Assembly: GCA_965207225.1 (NCBI GenBank)
Contig: CBDBLV010000003.1
Location: 128,001-192,000 of the forward strand
DNA from: Dehalococcoidia bacterium
GTDB lineage: Bacteria; Chloroflexota; Dehalococcoidia; Plut-88900
Length of the DNA: 64,000 nt
Direction: 5' to 3'
Shown here: piece after piece, positions 37,173 through 47,443 of the stretch
Layout of the letters: every line of letters starts with the position of its first letter
Numbering within the stretch: the first letter of the stretch is position 1
Notes under the pieces: generated by a model
Told to the model about the DNA's origin: nothing
Seen by the model: only the letters and a program-made list of their open reading frames with translations
Database searches by the model: none
Translations under genes and position numbers: made by a program

Positions 37173-37583
37173 CTAGCAGGGGTACATGGTCCTGGGATCG
37201 TCGACGAAGGCGTGGTCCTCGTGGCCTTCGGGGGTGGCGGTCAGGACGGTGACACCCTTCTCGGAGCGGAGCCTGTGCCACGTGCCCTGGGGCATAACGA
37301 ACAGGTCGCCAGGGCCGAAGTGGACGGTCTGATTCTCTCCGTTGACCAGCATGGTGATGTCAACTTCGCCGGAGACTACATGGACGATCTCGTCACCCTG
37401 GGAGTGACGCTCCCATCCGGCGTCGCCGTCGAAGGTGCCGAGATTGATGGCCGCATGGCGGAAGTCGCCGCGGCCGAGGATTTCGAAGCCTGCGACTACC
37501 ACGTCTTCAGGGGTGTCGGGGCCCCGGTCGGCTATGGGGGTCAGGTTCTCTATGGCCTTGTGTACGTTGTGAATCTCTACCAT
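37173..37583 (-). CDS. Cupin domain protein
   Basis: WERHSQGDEIVHVVSGEV...GDLFVMPQGTWHR. Confidence 0.9.
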   Translation of the reverse strand: MVEIHNVHKAIENLTPIADRGPDTPEDVVVAGFEILGRGDFRHAAINLGTFDGDAGWERHSQGDEIVHVVSGEVDITMLVNGENQTVHFGPGDLFVMPQGTWHRLRSEKGVTVLTATPEGHEDHAFVDDPRTMYPC

Positions 37584-37708
37584 CTTTCGGTCCTTTCCGT
37601 TGTGCTTCTGTACCCGAGTTCACCGGTTACGAACATTATAAATGCAATCTATTGCTGTTGCAAGTACTTGCAATAAGGCTTTTCCTGCCCTGCTTTACTC
37701 TTTGATTG

Positions 37709-38818
37709 TTAAAGGCCGTATAGCTCCACAGCCGTGTCGCCGAGGACTTTCCAGCGGTCTTCCTGGGAGAGGGGTTCGAGGATGTCGGTGAGAAGCCGGA
37801 CGGGTTCGGCGACGGAGTCGGTGTGGGGGTAGTCGGCGGCCCACATGAACTTGTCTACGCCGATGAAGTCCATGGTCTCGGGGACCATCTCTTCGCTGGG
37901 TTCGAAGGAGATCCAGCACTGGCGCTTGAAGTACTCGGTGGGTTTCATGGACAGCGAGGTCGCGTAGGTGAATATCTCGGTGTACTCGTCCATCCGGTCC
38001 AGCCAGTAGGGGAGCCACCCCGACCCCGCCTCCAGCACCACCAGCCGGAAGTCCGGGAACCTTTCGAAAACCGCTCCCTGGAACAGGGTGGTCAGCCCGA
38101 TAATCACCTCCAGCCCGAGGGTCACAAAGCCCCACCAGGCGATGTTGGGGCTGGTGTCGGGATACATGTCATAGCCGAGGTGCCGGGGGTATCCCATGAC
38201 GTGGAGGGCAAGGGGCATACGGGCCTCCGACGCCCGGGCCCAAAGCAGATCGTAGTAGGGGTCGCCGTAGGGGATGCCATTGATGGGCCGGCCGCTGAGC
38301 ATCCCGCCCCGGGCCCCCAGCCCCGCCGCCCGCTCCAGTTCCGCCGCGCCTTCTTCGACATCGGATGCGACGACGTGGGCCACGGGGACCAGCCTGTCCG
38401 AGTGGGGCCGGCAGAGGTCTGTAATCCAGGTGTTGTAGGCCCGGGCGTGGGCGGCTGCGAGCTTATAGTCCTCGAACTCGGGCTCCCACTGGATGCCGAG
38501 GGTTGGGTAGAGGAGGGTGATGTCTATGCCTTCGTTGTCGAGGAGCTGGACGCGGTCGAGGCCGTTGGCTGCACCAAGGGACGAGGTCACCCGGTCCTCG
38601 AAGGCCTGGCCTCCGGGGAGCCGGGGGCTGCCCATCCAGCCGTTGCGGAGCATGAACTGTCGGGCGGGCTTGCCATCGACGATCATGACTTCGCGGCCGT
38701 TCTCGTCGGTTCCCCAGCGTATGGCCCGGTCCCTGAGCTCGGGCTCCAGGCCCTCATGCCAGATGGACATGGGCTCAAGAACATGGCTATCCGCGTCGAC
38801 GATGGGGTGCTGTTTCAT
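37709..38818 (-). CDS. Amidohydrolase family protein (LigY/ACMSD-like)
   Basis: VDADSHVLE, LYPT, LALH, LEAGSGW, WAADYPH; GGAGG RBS before ATG 38818. Confidence 0.92.
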   Translation of the reverse strand: MKQHPIVDADSHVLEPMSIWHEGLEPELRDRAIRWGTDENGREVMIVDGKPARQFMLRNGWMGSPRLPGGQAFEDRVTSSLGAANGLDRVQLLDNEGIDITLLYPTLGIQWEPEFEDYKLAAAHARAYNTWITDLCRPHSDRLVPVAHVVASDVEEGAAELERAAGLGARGGMLSGRPINGIPYGDPYYDLLWARASEARMPLALHVMGYPRHLGYDMYPDTSPNIAWWGFVTLGLEVIIGLTTLFQGAVFERFPDFRLVVLEAGSGWLPYWLDRMDEYTEIFTYATSLSMKPTEYFKRQCWISFEPSEEMVPETMDFIGVDKFMWAADYPHTDSVAEPVRLLTDILEPLSQEDRWKVLGDTAVELYGL

Positions 38819-39327
38819 GGTCGGGGACCTCCTCCCTAGGGAGGGATTATACATGGGGTGGCTGTGGGGATTTTGATTGAATGTTGATTGAACATTGATT
38901 GAACTCGTAGCTGGTTTGATTGAACGACGCCTAGAGGGGTTTCTGGGGATTTCGCGTGTCACAGGGGGGAGGGCGACCCGCCGGTCGCCCCTACGGAGAG
39001 GGGATACCCCCAGCCCCACAGGGGAACCCTCTCCCCCTTGGTCCCCCTCTCCCTTAGGGCCTTTAAGGGAGAGGGGGAGAGAAAAACAGAGGGAGCCGTT
39101 GGCGCGCCTGCGCCAACGGCTCCCTCTAGTTTCATTACTGGGGAGAGGGAACAGGACACCACCCCAGATTCCTCGCAGGGCATCGGAATGACAGTGTGAG
39201 GGGCGTTGGTTGGTGGTTGCAGCACTGCGCCGTTCCGCTCTTGAGACCCTTCGACTACGCTCAGGGCGAGCGGAACCCCCACCCATAGGTTCCCGATCGG
39301 GGTCGGGAATGACGGGAAGGGGGTGTA

Positions 39328-39681
39328 GGCGATGGAAGGACCATGACCAGGGCGCAGGGGCCGGGGGGCCAAGCTGCGCCAGACCCGCAAGTCGGCAGGG
39401 CGAGAGGGAGTATCCCCTTGCGGCCTGTCCGTATGCGGGAAGCGCTCCATCATTCGGAGGGATGGGAGCGCAGACTCTTTACCGTCTCTGGGTGAATGGG
39501 AATCTCCGAGAGGAGAGACAGCGGAGTAGTCCCGGGGCGCGATGCCCTCGGGGGACCCGACAAAGTCGGGGTAGAGCCCCTCGCACATGGCGGGAGCTAG
39601 ACGCCCTGATGAGGGGGCGCAGCCGCGGGGTAGACCTGGAAGACAGGTGTGCCGCGGAGAGTCGATGGACCTTCCATCGCC
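39328..39681 (-). ncRNA. Putative structured RNA cassette, copy 3
   Basis: Terminal IR GGCGATGGAAGG(T/A)CCAT, core homologous to copy 1, downstream of a minus-strand promoter. Confidence 0.55.
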
Positions 39682-39840
39682 TGGAGGAAAGGGTGAGGGG
39701 AGGAGGCGCGTGTCGTAGGCCGGGCGGTCGCGCAGCGCCCGGGTGCGACGTGAGTTGATCAGGCTGGTGCGGCTCATAAACTCCTTATTCCTTTCCTGTG
39801 TGATGGGCTCCGAGGTACGAGGTCGGTGGCCCTGGGGAGT

Positions 39841-39869
39841 AGTATAGCACGGGGGTTCAGGTAGAGCAA
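39841..39869 (-). promoter_or_regulatory. Promoter of composite element copy 3
   Basis: Minus strand TTGCTC-17-TATACT with extended TG; shares GCACATTTGCTC with copies 1 and 2. Confidence 0.6.
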
Positions 39870-40297
39870 ATGTGCAGGTTTGGGGGGGATGCCCCTCAAC
39901 CCCACAGGGGAGCCCTCACTCCCTTGATCCCCTTCTCCTTTAAGGCCTATAAGGGAGAGGGGGAGGGAGGTAAAGGGCATGAGTGGGCAAATCCTAGATT
40001 CCTCGCGGGGCATCGGAATGACAGTGCAATGCGTGGGTTGGTAGAAGGCAGACGTGACAGGTTGGAGGGATGTGGGCCACCCCTCGCTCATACTTCGAGT
40101 AACCTCAGCATGAGCGGTCCCGCGCCGGGGAGGGCGACCACATAAGTTCATCCCTACAGTGGATTGTGACCCCGGCGGCCCCGCACCTGGGGAAGGGAAT
40201 CACCCACCCCACCACCCCGGGATTCCCGAGTAGTCGGGGATGACGAAGTGCAAAGGATGGATTCCGGGTCGGGAGCGGGATAACAGAGTAGGGAGGG

Positions 40298-41293
40298 TTA
40301 TGTGGGAAGGACGGTGACTTTGATGGCGCCGGTGGACTTGTCGAGGGCAGTGTCGAAGGCTCGGGTGATATCGGTGAGGGGGAACTGGTGGGTCTGCATG
40401 AAGGCGACTTCGGAGGAGTAGCGGGCGAGGGAGTCTATGGTGGAGGCGAACTCCCGACCATGCACACCCACGCCGTACATACTGGAGCCGACTATGTCCA
40501 CCTCCTTCGCCACGAGCATCAGCCCGTCGACCTGAGAGTTGGCGGTGAAGATGCCCAGGATGACGATGCGGGCCTCGGGCTGGGCAGCTTTTATGGCATC
40601 GTTGATGGTATCCGCGGCACCCCCGACGGTTTCGATGACGACGTCGGGCTGGCGGTCCCGGGCCCAGTCCTCCCACTCGGTCTCGCTGAGGGGTGTCAGG
40701 CCGAGCCTCCGGGCGGCGTCGAACTGCTGGGGATGCCGGGCGGTGATGGCGACCTCGGCGGCGCGGTCCCGGGCGAGGAGGCCGGCGAAGAGGCCGATGG
40801 TCCCCGCCCCAAGAACCAATACCCGGCTTTCGATCTTCAATCGTCCCAAAGCGACGCCCCGGTAGGAGCAGGCCATGGGCTCGACGAGGGAAGCCAAGAG
40901 CGGGGGGAGGGAGTCGGGGACAGGGTGGACGGTGTGGGCGGGGACATCGATAAACTCGGCGAGGCCGCCGGGCTCGTCGATACCGATGAACTTCATGTCG
41001 GGGCAGATGTTGGTGGCGCCAGCCGCGCAGTAGTGGCAATCCAGGCAGGCGTCCAGGGGCTCGATGGCGTATAGAGAGTCGGGGAGACCTGCGCCGCCGT
41101 CGATTATGGTGCCGACAATCTCGTGGCCCATGACGAGGTTGTTGTGCCTGGTACTGCGGCCTGCGTAGACGTGGAGGTCGGAGCCGCAGATGCCGCAGGC
41201 GGTGACGGAAACCCGGACGCGGCCCGGGGCAAGGGGGCCGGGGTCGACGTCTTCGATGACCATGCCCTGGGAAGTCCACATTGAGCGCAGCAT
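40298..41293 (-). CDS. Zn-dependent alcohol dehydrogenase (MDR family)
   Basis: GICGSDLH, GHE, CxxCxxC...C, GAGTIG. Confidence 0.93.
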   Translation of the reverse strand: MLRSMWTSQGMVIEDVDPGPLAPGRVRVSVTACGICGSDLHVYAGRSTRHNNLVMGHEIVGTIIDGGAGLPDSLYAIEPLDACLDCHYCAAGATNICPDMKFIGIDEPGGLAEFIDVPAHTVHPVPDSLPPLLASLVEPMACSYRGVALGRLKIESRVLVLGAGTIGLFAGLLARDRAAEVAITARHPQQFDAARRLGLTPLSETEWEDWARDRQPDVVIETVGGAADTINDAIKAAQPEARIVILGIFTANSQVDGLMLVAKEVDIVGSSMYGVGVHGREFASTIDSLARYSSEVAFMQTHQFPLTDITRAFDTALDKSTGAIKVTVLPT

Positions 41294-41496
41294 ATGCTTG
41301 CCTCCGGGGGTGATGGGGGGAAGTTTACATGGGCCACGGGGGCCCGTCCACGAGGTGGGTGAGCTTTGGGGAGCGGCAGAGGCGACGTATAGACAATGCG
41401 GCGCCACCCCCGCTCATACTTCGAGAGCCTCAGCACGAGCGGCCCCACCACCTGCAGGACAAGTTATGACGGATCCCCTCAAGGAATAGGGGCTGC

Positions 41497-42243
41497 TTAG
41501 AGCGCAGCCAGGGCTTCGGGCAGCTCTGAGAGGGTTGCTACACAGGCGTCGGGGGTAACGGGAACGTGGTCCCAGCCTGCGCCGCCGATGAGGACGGCTT
41601 TCATACCAACGCGCTGGGCGCCGAGGATGTCGGTCTCCGGTCTGTCGCCCACGTGGGCCGACTCCCGGGCCTCGGCCCCGATGGCATCCAGGGTGTCCAG
41701 GAACAGGCTGGGGGCAGGCTTGGCGATGCGCTCCTCGTCGGAGAAGGTGAGGTGCAGGAGGTACCGGGCTATGCCAATGTCGGCGAGGAATTTGCGGGCC
41801 AGGCTCCCGGGTGTAGTGCCGGAGTTGCAGATCAGGCCGATCCTGTAGCCTTCGTCGGTGAGTGTTGAAAGGGTCTCGAGAACGCCGGGCATCAGGGCGG
41901 GGGGGTGCTCCAGGAAGGCATTCAGGTGCCTCTCGGAGACGCGCTCCTTGCCTTCAGGGTCAAGGGAGGTGGACAGGCCCGGGTGTATGGAGTCCAGGAA
42001 GTCGTCCAGCTGAGTTTCGAAGTCGGTATCGAGGCCACGGGTGCGGACGGTCTCGAACTTCTGCTGGGAGTCCCAGTAGACCTCGGCGACGTGCTCCCTG
42101 GTACATCGCACGCCGCACTCGGAGAGGATCCTGGTGGTCGCATCGATGCGTTTTTTCGCCCTGACCATGCCGTTCCCCGGGACGTCTCTTATCAGCGTGT
42201 TCCACAGGTCAAAGGTGATGCCCTGTATTGAGTCGTTTCTCAT
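41497..42243 (-). CDS. HAD-family hydrolase
   Basis: FDLWNTL, KP, HVGDRPETDILGA. Confidence 0.9.
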   Translation of the reverse strand: MRNDSIQGITFDLWNTLIRDVPGNGMVRAKKRIDATTRILSECGVRCTREHVAEVYWDSQQKFETVRTRGLDTDFETQLDDFLDSIHPGLSTSLDPEGKERVSERHLNAFLEHPPALMPGVLETLSTLTDEGYRIGLICNSGTTPGSLARKFLADIGIARYLLHLTFSDEERIAKPAPSLFLDTLDAIGAEARESAHVGDRPETDILGAQRVGMKAVLIGGAGWDHVPVTPDACVATLSELPEALAAL

Positions 42244-42324
42244 TTCCGCATTCCGAAGGTCTTTGCTTGCCGTTATGCTGAATTGTGCTTTCAAATGAAT
42301 CAGGGGCGGGTGATTTCCCGCCCC

Positions 42325-42837
42325 TTAGAATTCGATGACGGTTGTTATGGGATAGCCCTTGATGCGGTCTCTGCCTCCCAAGTCGGTGAGCTCCACCAAG
42401 AACGCGAGCCCGGCCACCACCCCGCCCAGCTCCTCCACCAGCTTCACTGTGGCCTCAGCTGTGCCGCCAGTGGCCAGCAGGTCGTCTACGACCAGGACTC
42501 GCTCTCCGTTGGACAGCGCGTCCCGGTGCAGCTCCATTGCGTTGGAGCCGTACTCCAAGTCGTAGCTGACCTTGACCGCCTCTCGGGGCAGCTTGCCCTC
42601 TTTCCTGACCGGAAGGAGGGGCTTGCCTAGTTCCAGGGCGAGGGGGGCAGCGATGAGGAAGCCCCGGGCGTCGATGGCGGCAAAGGAGTCGATGTGGTCA
42701 TCGACGATGCCCCGCTTGATGAGGTCCAGGGCGTGACGGAAGGCGGGCGGGGACTGGAGGAGGGGTGTGATGTCTCTGAACAGGATGCCGGGCTTGGGGA
42801 AGTCGGGGACGTTGGCTATGTAGTCTTTGAGGTCCAT
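42325..42837 (-). CDS. apt: Adenine phosphoribosyltransferase
   Basis: PDFPKPGILFRDITP, DARGF, YDLEYG, VDDLLATGGT. Confidence 0.97.
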   Translation of the reverse strand: MDLKDYIANVPDFPKPGILFRDITPLLQSPPAFRHALDLIKRGIVDDHIDSFAAIDARGFLIAAPLALELGKPLLPVRKEGKLPREAVKVSYDLEYGSNAMELHRDALSNGERVLVVDDLLATGGTAEATVKLVEELGGVVAGLAFLVELTDLGGRDRIKGYPITTVIEF

Positions 42838-42977
42838 TTGGGATGGTCTCTGGATAAATTCGTAATGCGCAATAACTTTAACGGATTTGAGTAGGGCAAT
42901 CAAAGGTCGGGGGTAGGGGGGGACAGAACCTCCATAAATGCAGTGCAGGTGAACCGCGATGCTGTCATAATACGTTC

Positions 42978-43214
42978 ATGTCTGTGACGATAACCATAGG
43001 GAACGTTCCCGAAGAGGTGCGCGACAAATTGAAGCAGCTTGCCGCAGAGCAAGGACTGTCTTTGCAGAAGTTCCTGCTGAGAGAGCTTCAGCAAATCGCG
43101 TCCCGTACATCCAATGCCGAATGGGTCAGGAACGTGGAAAGAATAAAGCGAGCCCAAGGCACTAAGATACCGATATCCGCAATCCTAGAAGCGAAGGATG
43201 CGGACAAAAGATGA
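42978..43214 (+). CDS. Ribbon-helix-helix antitoxin (FitA/VapB-like), orphan
   Basis: TITIGNVPEEVRDKLKQLAAEQGLSLQKFL; no PIN toxin follows. Confidence 0.75.
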   Translation: MSVTITIGNVPEEVRDKLKQLAAEQGLSLQKFLLRELQQIASRTSNAEWVRNVERIKRAQGTKIPISAILEAKDADKR

Positions 43215-43285
43215 CACGGGTTACATCGCCCAAACCACGACCGCTATAATCCCCCCACACCACCCCCTATCCGAGAGGCCTTCCT

Positions 43286-44236
43286 ATGACCAGCAAGCCC
43301 CGTATGAAGTTCGGCGTGTCCCTGGGACAGGAGCGCGTTACGTGGCCCGAGATCGAGGAAGCGGCGCTTCTCGTGGAGGAGCTGGGCTTTGACTCTCTCT
43401 GGTCTCACGACCACCTGATACCCTCCGATCCCAGGCGAAACGAGGGGCCGTGCCTCGAAGCGTGGGCGATTCTCGGGGCGCTTGCGAGGATGACGAAGAG
43501 CGTGACCATCGGGCCGATGGTAGCGGGGAACACGTACCGCAACCCGGTGCTTCTAGCCAAGTCGGCCACTACCGTGGACATCATAAGCGGGGGTCGGCTG
43601 ATATTCGGGATCGGGGCGGGGTGGTTCGAGATGGAGCACACGGCCTACGATTTTCCCTTCTATACGGTCGGGGAGAGGATTCGCAGGCTGGACGAGGCCG
43701 TCGAGCTCATCAAGAAACTCTGGACCAACGACGGTCCCGTGGACTTTGCAGGCAAGTACTACAACCTGAGGAGCGCACCCTTCGACCCCCGGCCGATCCA
43801 GCAGCCCCATCCCCCTATCCTTATAGCCGGCGGCGGAGAGAAGCGTACGCTGCGGGTCACGGCAAAGTGGGGGGACATGATGAATATCAACGGCCACGCT
43901 CAGATTGCGGCCCATAAATACCGGGTACTGGAAGAACACTGCCAGGCTGTCGGGAGGGACCCCGCCGAGATAGTTAAGACCGCCAACGGGGCCTTTGTGC
44001 CCCCCGAGAAGATGGACGACTGGAACCGCTGGATGGACCATCTCGCCGAGACCATGCCCGATCAAAGGAAATCACGGGGTGAGGGCGGGGTGGTGGGAGA
44101 CATGGATGCGATCAGGGACTGGGTGAGGGGTCACGTGGAGGTCGGCACCCAGCAGGTAATCTTCACCATGCGCTCTCCGTACCCCCTGGAGTCGCTGAGG
44201 ACATTTGCGAAGAAAGTGATGCCGGAATTCAGATAG
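43286..44236 (+). CDS. LLM class flavin/F420-dependent oxidoreductase
   Basis: GFDSLWSHDH, YRNPVLLAK, SGGRLIFGIGAGW, AGGGEK. Confidence 0.94.
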   Translation: MTSKPRMKFGVSLGQERVTWPEIEEAALLVEELGFDSLWSHDHLIPSDPRRNEGPCLEAWAILGALARMTKSVTIGPMVAGNTYRNPVLLAKSATTVDIISGGRLIFGIGAGWFEMEHTAYDFPFYTVGERIRRLDEAVELIKKLWTNDGPVDFAGKYYNLRSAPFDPRPIQQPHPPILIAGGGEKRTLRVTAKWGDMMNINGHAQIAAHKYRVLEEHCQAVGRDPAEIVKTANGAFVPPEKMDDWNRWMDHLAETMPDQRKSRGEGGVVGDMDAIRDWVRGHVEVGTQQVIFTMRSPYPLESLRTFAKKVMPEFR

Positions 44237-44246
44237 GAGAAGCGAC

Positions 44247-45410
44247 ATGGCAGCGCCAAGGGACATTCCCTTCCCCATAGAGGAGTACAGGGCCCGACTC
44301 TCGGGCGTCCAGGAGCGGATGCGCTCCCGGGACATTGATCTTCTGCTGGCGTACACGCCGGAGAACATCAACTACCTGACCGGCTACAACACCACGGGAT
44401 ATTATGTCTACCAGTGCCTGATGGTGCCCGCCGACCGGGACCCGATCATGGTGACCCGGGAACTGGAGAAGGATAACGTCACCATGGGCACGTGGCTCGA
44501 GGACTACCGCATCTTCGGGGACTCCGAGGACCCAGTGGCAACAACCTGCGACGCCATCAAAGAGTTCGGGTATGCGGAGAAGCGGATCGGCTTTGAGTCC
44601 ACGTCCTGGTTCCTGCAGCTGCGGGACTACCAGCAGACCGTGTCCCTCCTCCCGGATGCCGAGGTCAAGGATGGCGGCAACATCGTAGAGGAAAGCCGGG
44701 TCATCAAGTCGCCTCGGGAAATTGCGTGCATAAGGGAGGCCGCGCGGATAGTTGCCAAGGGGATGCAATCGGGGATTGACGCTTCGAGGCCGGGGGTCAC
44801 CGACAACTACGTGGCCGGAGAGCTTACCCGCACCCTCTACGCCGAGGGCAGCATCTACTTTGCGGGGCAGCCATACGTGGCTTCCGGTAAGCGGACGGGG
44901 CGGGGCCACATCACCTTCGCCAACGTCATGCTGGAGCCCGGCGATCCCGTGTTTTTCGAGATCTCCGCCAACGTCAACCGGTACAGCGCCTCCCTTATGC
45001 GCACCATATCCCTCGGCCCACCCGACGACATGGTGAAGAGCCTCGCCGAAGCCTCCATCGCAGGCCTTACGGCCGCCGTTGAAAATATGGGCCCAGGCAT
45101 GACCTCCCATGACGCCGACGCATTCTGCCGTGACGCCATTACCAAGGCCGGGCACGGAGAGCTCTTCAATCACCGCACTGGCTATTCCATAGGGGTCGGG
45201 TATCCGCCGGGGTGGGGCGAGGGTCACATCATGGACATCAAACCCGGGGACCAACGGGTGCTCAAACCCGGCATGACCTTCCACCTCACACCCGCGATCA
45301 TTGTCCCCGGGGTAGCCGGGCCCGGTTTCAGCGAGACTATCTTGATCACCGATGACGGTGCGGAGGTCCTCACCAGTTTCCCCAGGGAGTTCCTTGTCAA
45401 AGAGGTCTAA
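44247..45410 (+). CDS. M24 Xaa-Pro peptidase family, creatinase/ectoine hydrolase-like
   Basis: EEYRARL, NINYLTGY, IKSPREI, HRTGYSIG, PGMTFH, SET. Confidence 0.88.
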   Translation: MAAPRDIPFPIEEYRARLSGVQERMRSRDIDLLLAYTPENINYLTGYNTTGYYVYQCLMVPADRDPIMVTRELEKDNVTMGTWLEDYRIFGDSEDPVATTCDAIKEFGYAEKRIGFESTSWFLQLRDYQQTVSLLPDAEVKDGGNIVEESRVIKSPREIACIREAARIVAKGMQSGIDASRPGVTDNYVAGELTRTLYAEGSIYFAGQPYVASGKRTGRGHITFANVMLEPGDPVFFEISANVNRYSASLMRTISLGPPDDMVKSLAEASIAGLTAAVENMGPGMTSHDADAFCRDAITKAGHGELFNHRTGYSIGVGYPPGWGEGHIMDIKPGDQRVLKPGMTFHLTPAIIVPGVAGPGFSETILITDDGAEVLTSFPREFLVKEV

Positions 45411-45440
45411 CCCCATCCCCGATACAGGGACTCCGACACC

Positions 45441-46391
45441 ATGATATCCAATCGACGTATGGAGTTCGGGGGGATGGTCAGCGCGGCAAACGTCTCCTGG
45501 CCCGAGTTCCGCAGCATGTGCGAGACAGTCGAGGCCGTGGGCTTCGACCACCTGTGGGTCGCAGACCTCCTGACTCCCTCGGAAGCTGACTGGTCGGACG
45601 GGCTCGTTCACGAATGCTGGAGCCTTTTGTCTGCCGCAGCTTCGTTTACGGACCGCATCCGCATCGGGCCCCTGGTCGTATCCAACACCTACCGACACCC
45701 GGTTGTATCGGCCAAGATCGCCGCCACTGTGGACATCATGAGCGAGGGCAGGCTGACCTACGGGGTCGGGGCGGGGTGGGCTCAAGAAGAGCACCGTTCC
45801 TACGGCATACCCTTCCAGCCCATCGGGGAACGCGTGGCCCGAGTCGAAGAAGCCATACAGCTGACCAAGCTCCTATGGCAGTCTCCCGACCCCGTAACGT
45901 TCCACGGACGCTACTACACCCTGGAAAACGCTCCGTTCAACCCCAAGCCCGTGCAGAAGCCTCACCCGCCCATCATGATCGCAGGCGGAGGGGAGAAGCT
46001 GACCCTCCGCGCCGTGGCCCGACACGCAGATGAGATGAACGTATACGGCAGCCCCGAGGAGGTTGCCCACAAGTTCGACGTTCTGCGGAAACACTGTAAG
46101 AACGAAGGCCGCGACTTCGATGAAATCAAGAAGACGGTGCTGGTGCAGATGGTGCCCCCGGAGCGACAGAAAGAATGGGACGAATTCCTGGCGAAAATTG
46201 CCGCCGAAGAACCCGAGCCGCTCAATCGGGGCCAGAGCCAGGCTATGACCGGAGACGTGGACGACTGGAAGGAGTGGGTGCAGGCAAGGGCTGAGGTGGG
46301 CGTCGACCAGGTGATAATCAACCTCTTTGCGCCCTATCTGCATGATGCGGTGGAACGCTTTGCTAAAGAGGTGATTCCGACTTTCCAGTAG
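45441..46391 (+). CDS. LLM class oxidoreductase
   Basis: GFDHLWVAD, YRHP, GRLTYGVGAGW, PKPVQKPHPP. Confidence 0.93.
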   Translation: MISNRRMEFGGMVSAANVSWPEFRSMCETVEAVGFDHLWVADLLTPSEADWSDGLVHECWSLLSAAASFTDRIRIGPLVVSNTYRHPVVSAKIAATVDIMSEGRLTYGVGAGWAQEEHRSYGIPFQPIGERVARVEEAIQLTKLLWQSPDPVTFHGRYYTLENAPFNPKPVQKPHPPIMIAGGGEKLTLRAVARHADEMNVYGSPEEVAHKFDVLRKHCKNEGRDFDEIKKTVLVQMVPPERQKEWDEFLAKIAAEEPEPLNRGQSQAMTGDVDDWKEWVQARAEVGVDQVIINLFAPYLHDAVERFAKEVIPTFQ

Positions 46392-46410
46392 AATGGGCTT
46401 CCTGCCTACG

Positions 46411-46434
46411 AGGGCGACCGGCGGGTCGCCCCTA
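46411..46434. repeat. REP-like palindrome GGGCGACCGGCGGGTCGCCCCTAC (also near 33797-33817 and 38971-38994)
   Basis: Three related palindromes in intergenic DNA. Confidence 0.7.
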
Positions 46435-46466
46435 CAAGTCCAGAAGGGATTCGGAGGAAACGACAC

Positions 46467-47396
46467 ATGACAAAGGTGAAGTTCGGGCCCATCTACACCC
46501 GCATCGAAGACCTGATGGGCCCCGTGGAGCTGGCGGAGAAATCCGAGTCCTGGGGCTACGATTCCTTCTGGGTCCCCGATTACATCCTCAAGCCCCGCCT
46601 CGACGCCCTAATCATCCTTGCCGCCGCGGCCCAGCGCACCTCCACGATAGAGCTGGGCACCGCCGTCATGGTGCTTCCCTACAAAGACCCCCTTGTCCTC
46701 TCCAAGTCGGCGCTTTCGGTGGACGTGCTTTCCAATGGGCGGCTGTTACTGGGGGTGGGGATCGGGGCCAACCCCCGGGAGTTTGATGTCCTAGGATTGG
46801 ATATCAAGTACAGAGGTCGGGTCTCCGACGAACGGCTGGACATCATGTCCCGCATCCTGAACGGCGAGACTGTAACTCACCACGGCCGCTTCCACTCCTT
46901 CGAGGACGTTGCCATAGGCCCGCCGTCAGTGAGCCAGCCCCGGATCCCGATATGGCTCGGGGCCCATTGCGGGGGCGGCTGGGCCGAGGGAGCGTTACGG
47001 CGCACGGGCCGGTACGGCGACGGGTTCATCCCGACCGAGGCCAGTATCGAGCAGTACAAGGACGCCATGGACCGCATCTCCCGCCATGCGGAGGAGGCGG
47101 GCCGAGACCCGACCCAGATCGAATGGGGCATCTTCATCTTCATCATCATGGAAGACTCCCGTGAGTACGCTGAGCGGAAGGGTTATGCGGAGCTGGCTGA
47201 CAGGCTGGACCGGGACTACCCGCTGGTGCACGGTCGGGCGGCGGCTGCGGGGACCGTCGACGAGTGCATAGAGGCTATCCAGGCTTACGTGGACATCGGG
47301 GTCACGCACTTCATCCTGGACTCGGCATCCCCAGCAGAGGAGATTGTCGAGCAGTACGAACGGGCGGCAAAGGAGATAGTGCCCCACTTCCGCTAG
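46467..47396 (+). CDS. LLM class oxidoreductase
   Basis: GYDSFWVPD, LGTAV, SNGRLLLGVGIG. Confidence 0.93.
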   Translation: MTKVKFGPIYTRIEDLMGPVELAEKSESWGYDSFWVPDYILKPRLDALIILAAAAQRTSTIELGTAVMVLPYKDPLVLSKSALSVDVLSNGRLLLGVGIGANPREFDVLGLDIKYRGRVSDERLDIMSRILNGETVTHHGRFHSFEDVAIGPPSVSQPRIPIWLGAHCGGGWAEGALRRTGRYGDGFIPTEASIEQYKDAMDRISRHAEEAGRDPTQIEWGIFIFIIMEDSREYAERKGYAELADRLDRDYPLVHGRAAAAGTVDECIEAIQAYVDIGVTHFILDSASPAEEIVEQYERAAKEIVPHFR

Positions 47397-47443
47397 GCCT
47401 ACAGAGGTCGCGCATTGCGGAATTCCCCAGGAGCCTGGGAGGA

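Noticed and set aside
38819-39286. 156-aa N-terminal extension of the amidohydrolase ORF
   Set aside because: Translates repeat DNA; the real start has its own RBS and -10 near 38818
39606-39640. CTGATGAG, suggestive of a hammerhead ribozyme core
   Set aside because: No stem II followed by GAAA, and it lies on the strand opposite the promoter
38959-39777. 272-aa ORF with AAGGAG RBS running through cassette 3
   Set aside because: Pro/Arg/Ser-rich, runs through REP palindromes, and copies 1 and 2 lack the start or the frame; a short leader peptide cannot be excluded
44229-45794. Long antisense ORFs (also 8680-10074, 14248-15474, 35216-36280, 52447-53559)
   Set aside because: Shadows of well-supported genes in GC-rich DNA with no recognisable motifs
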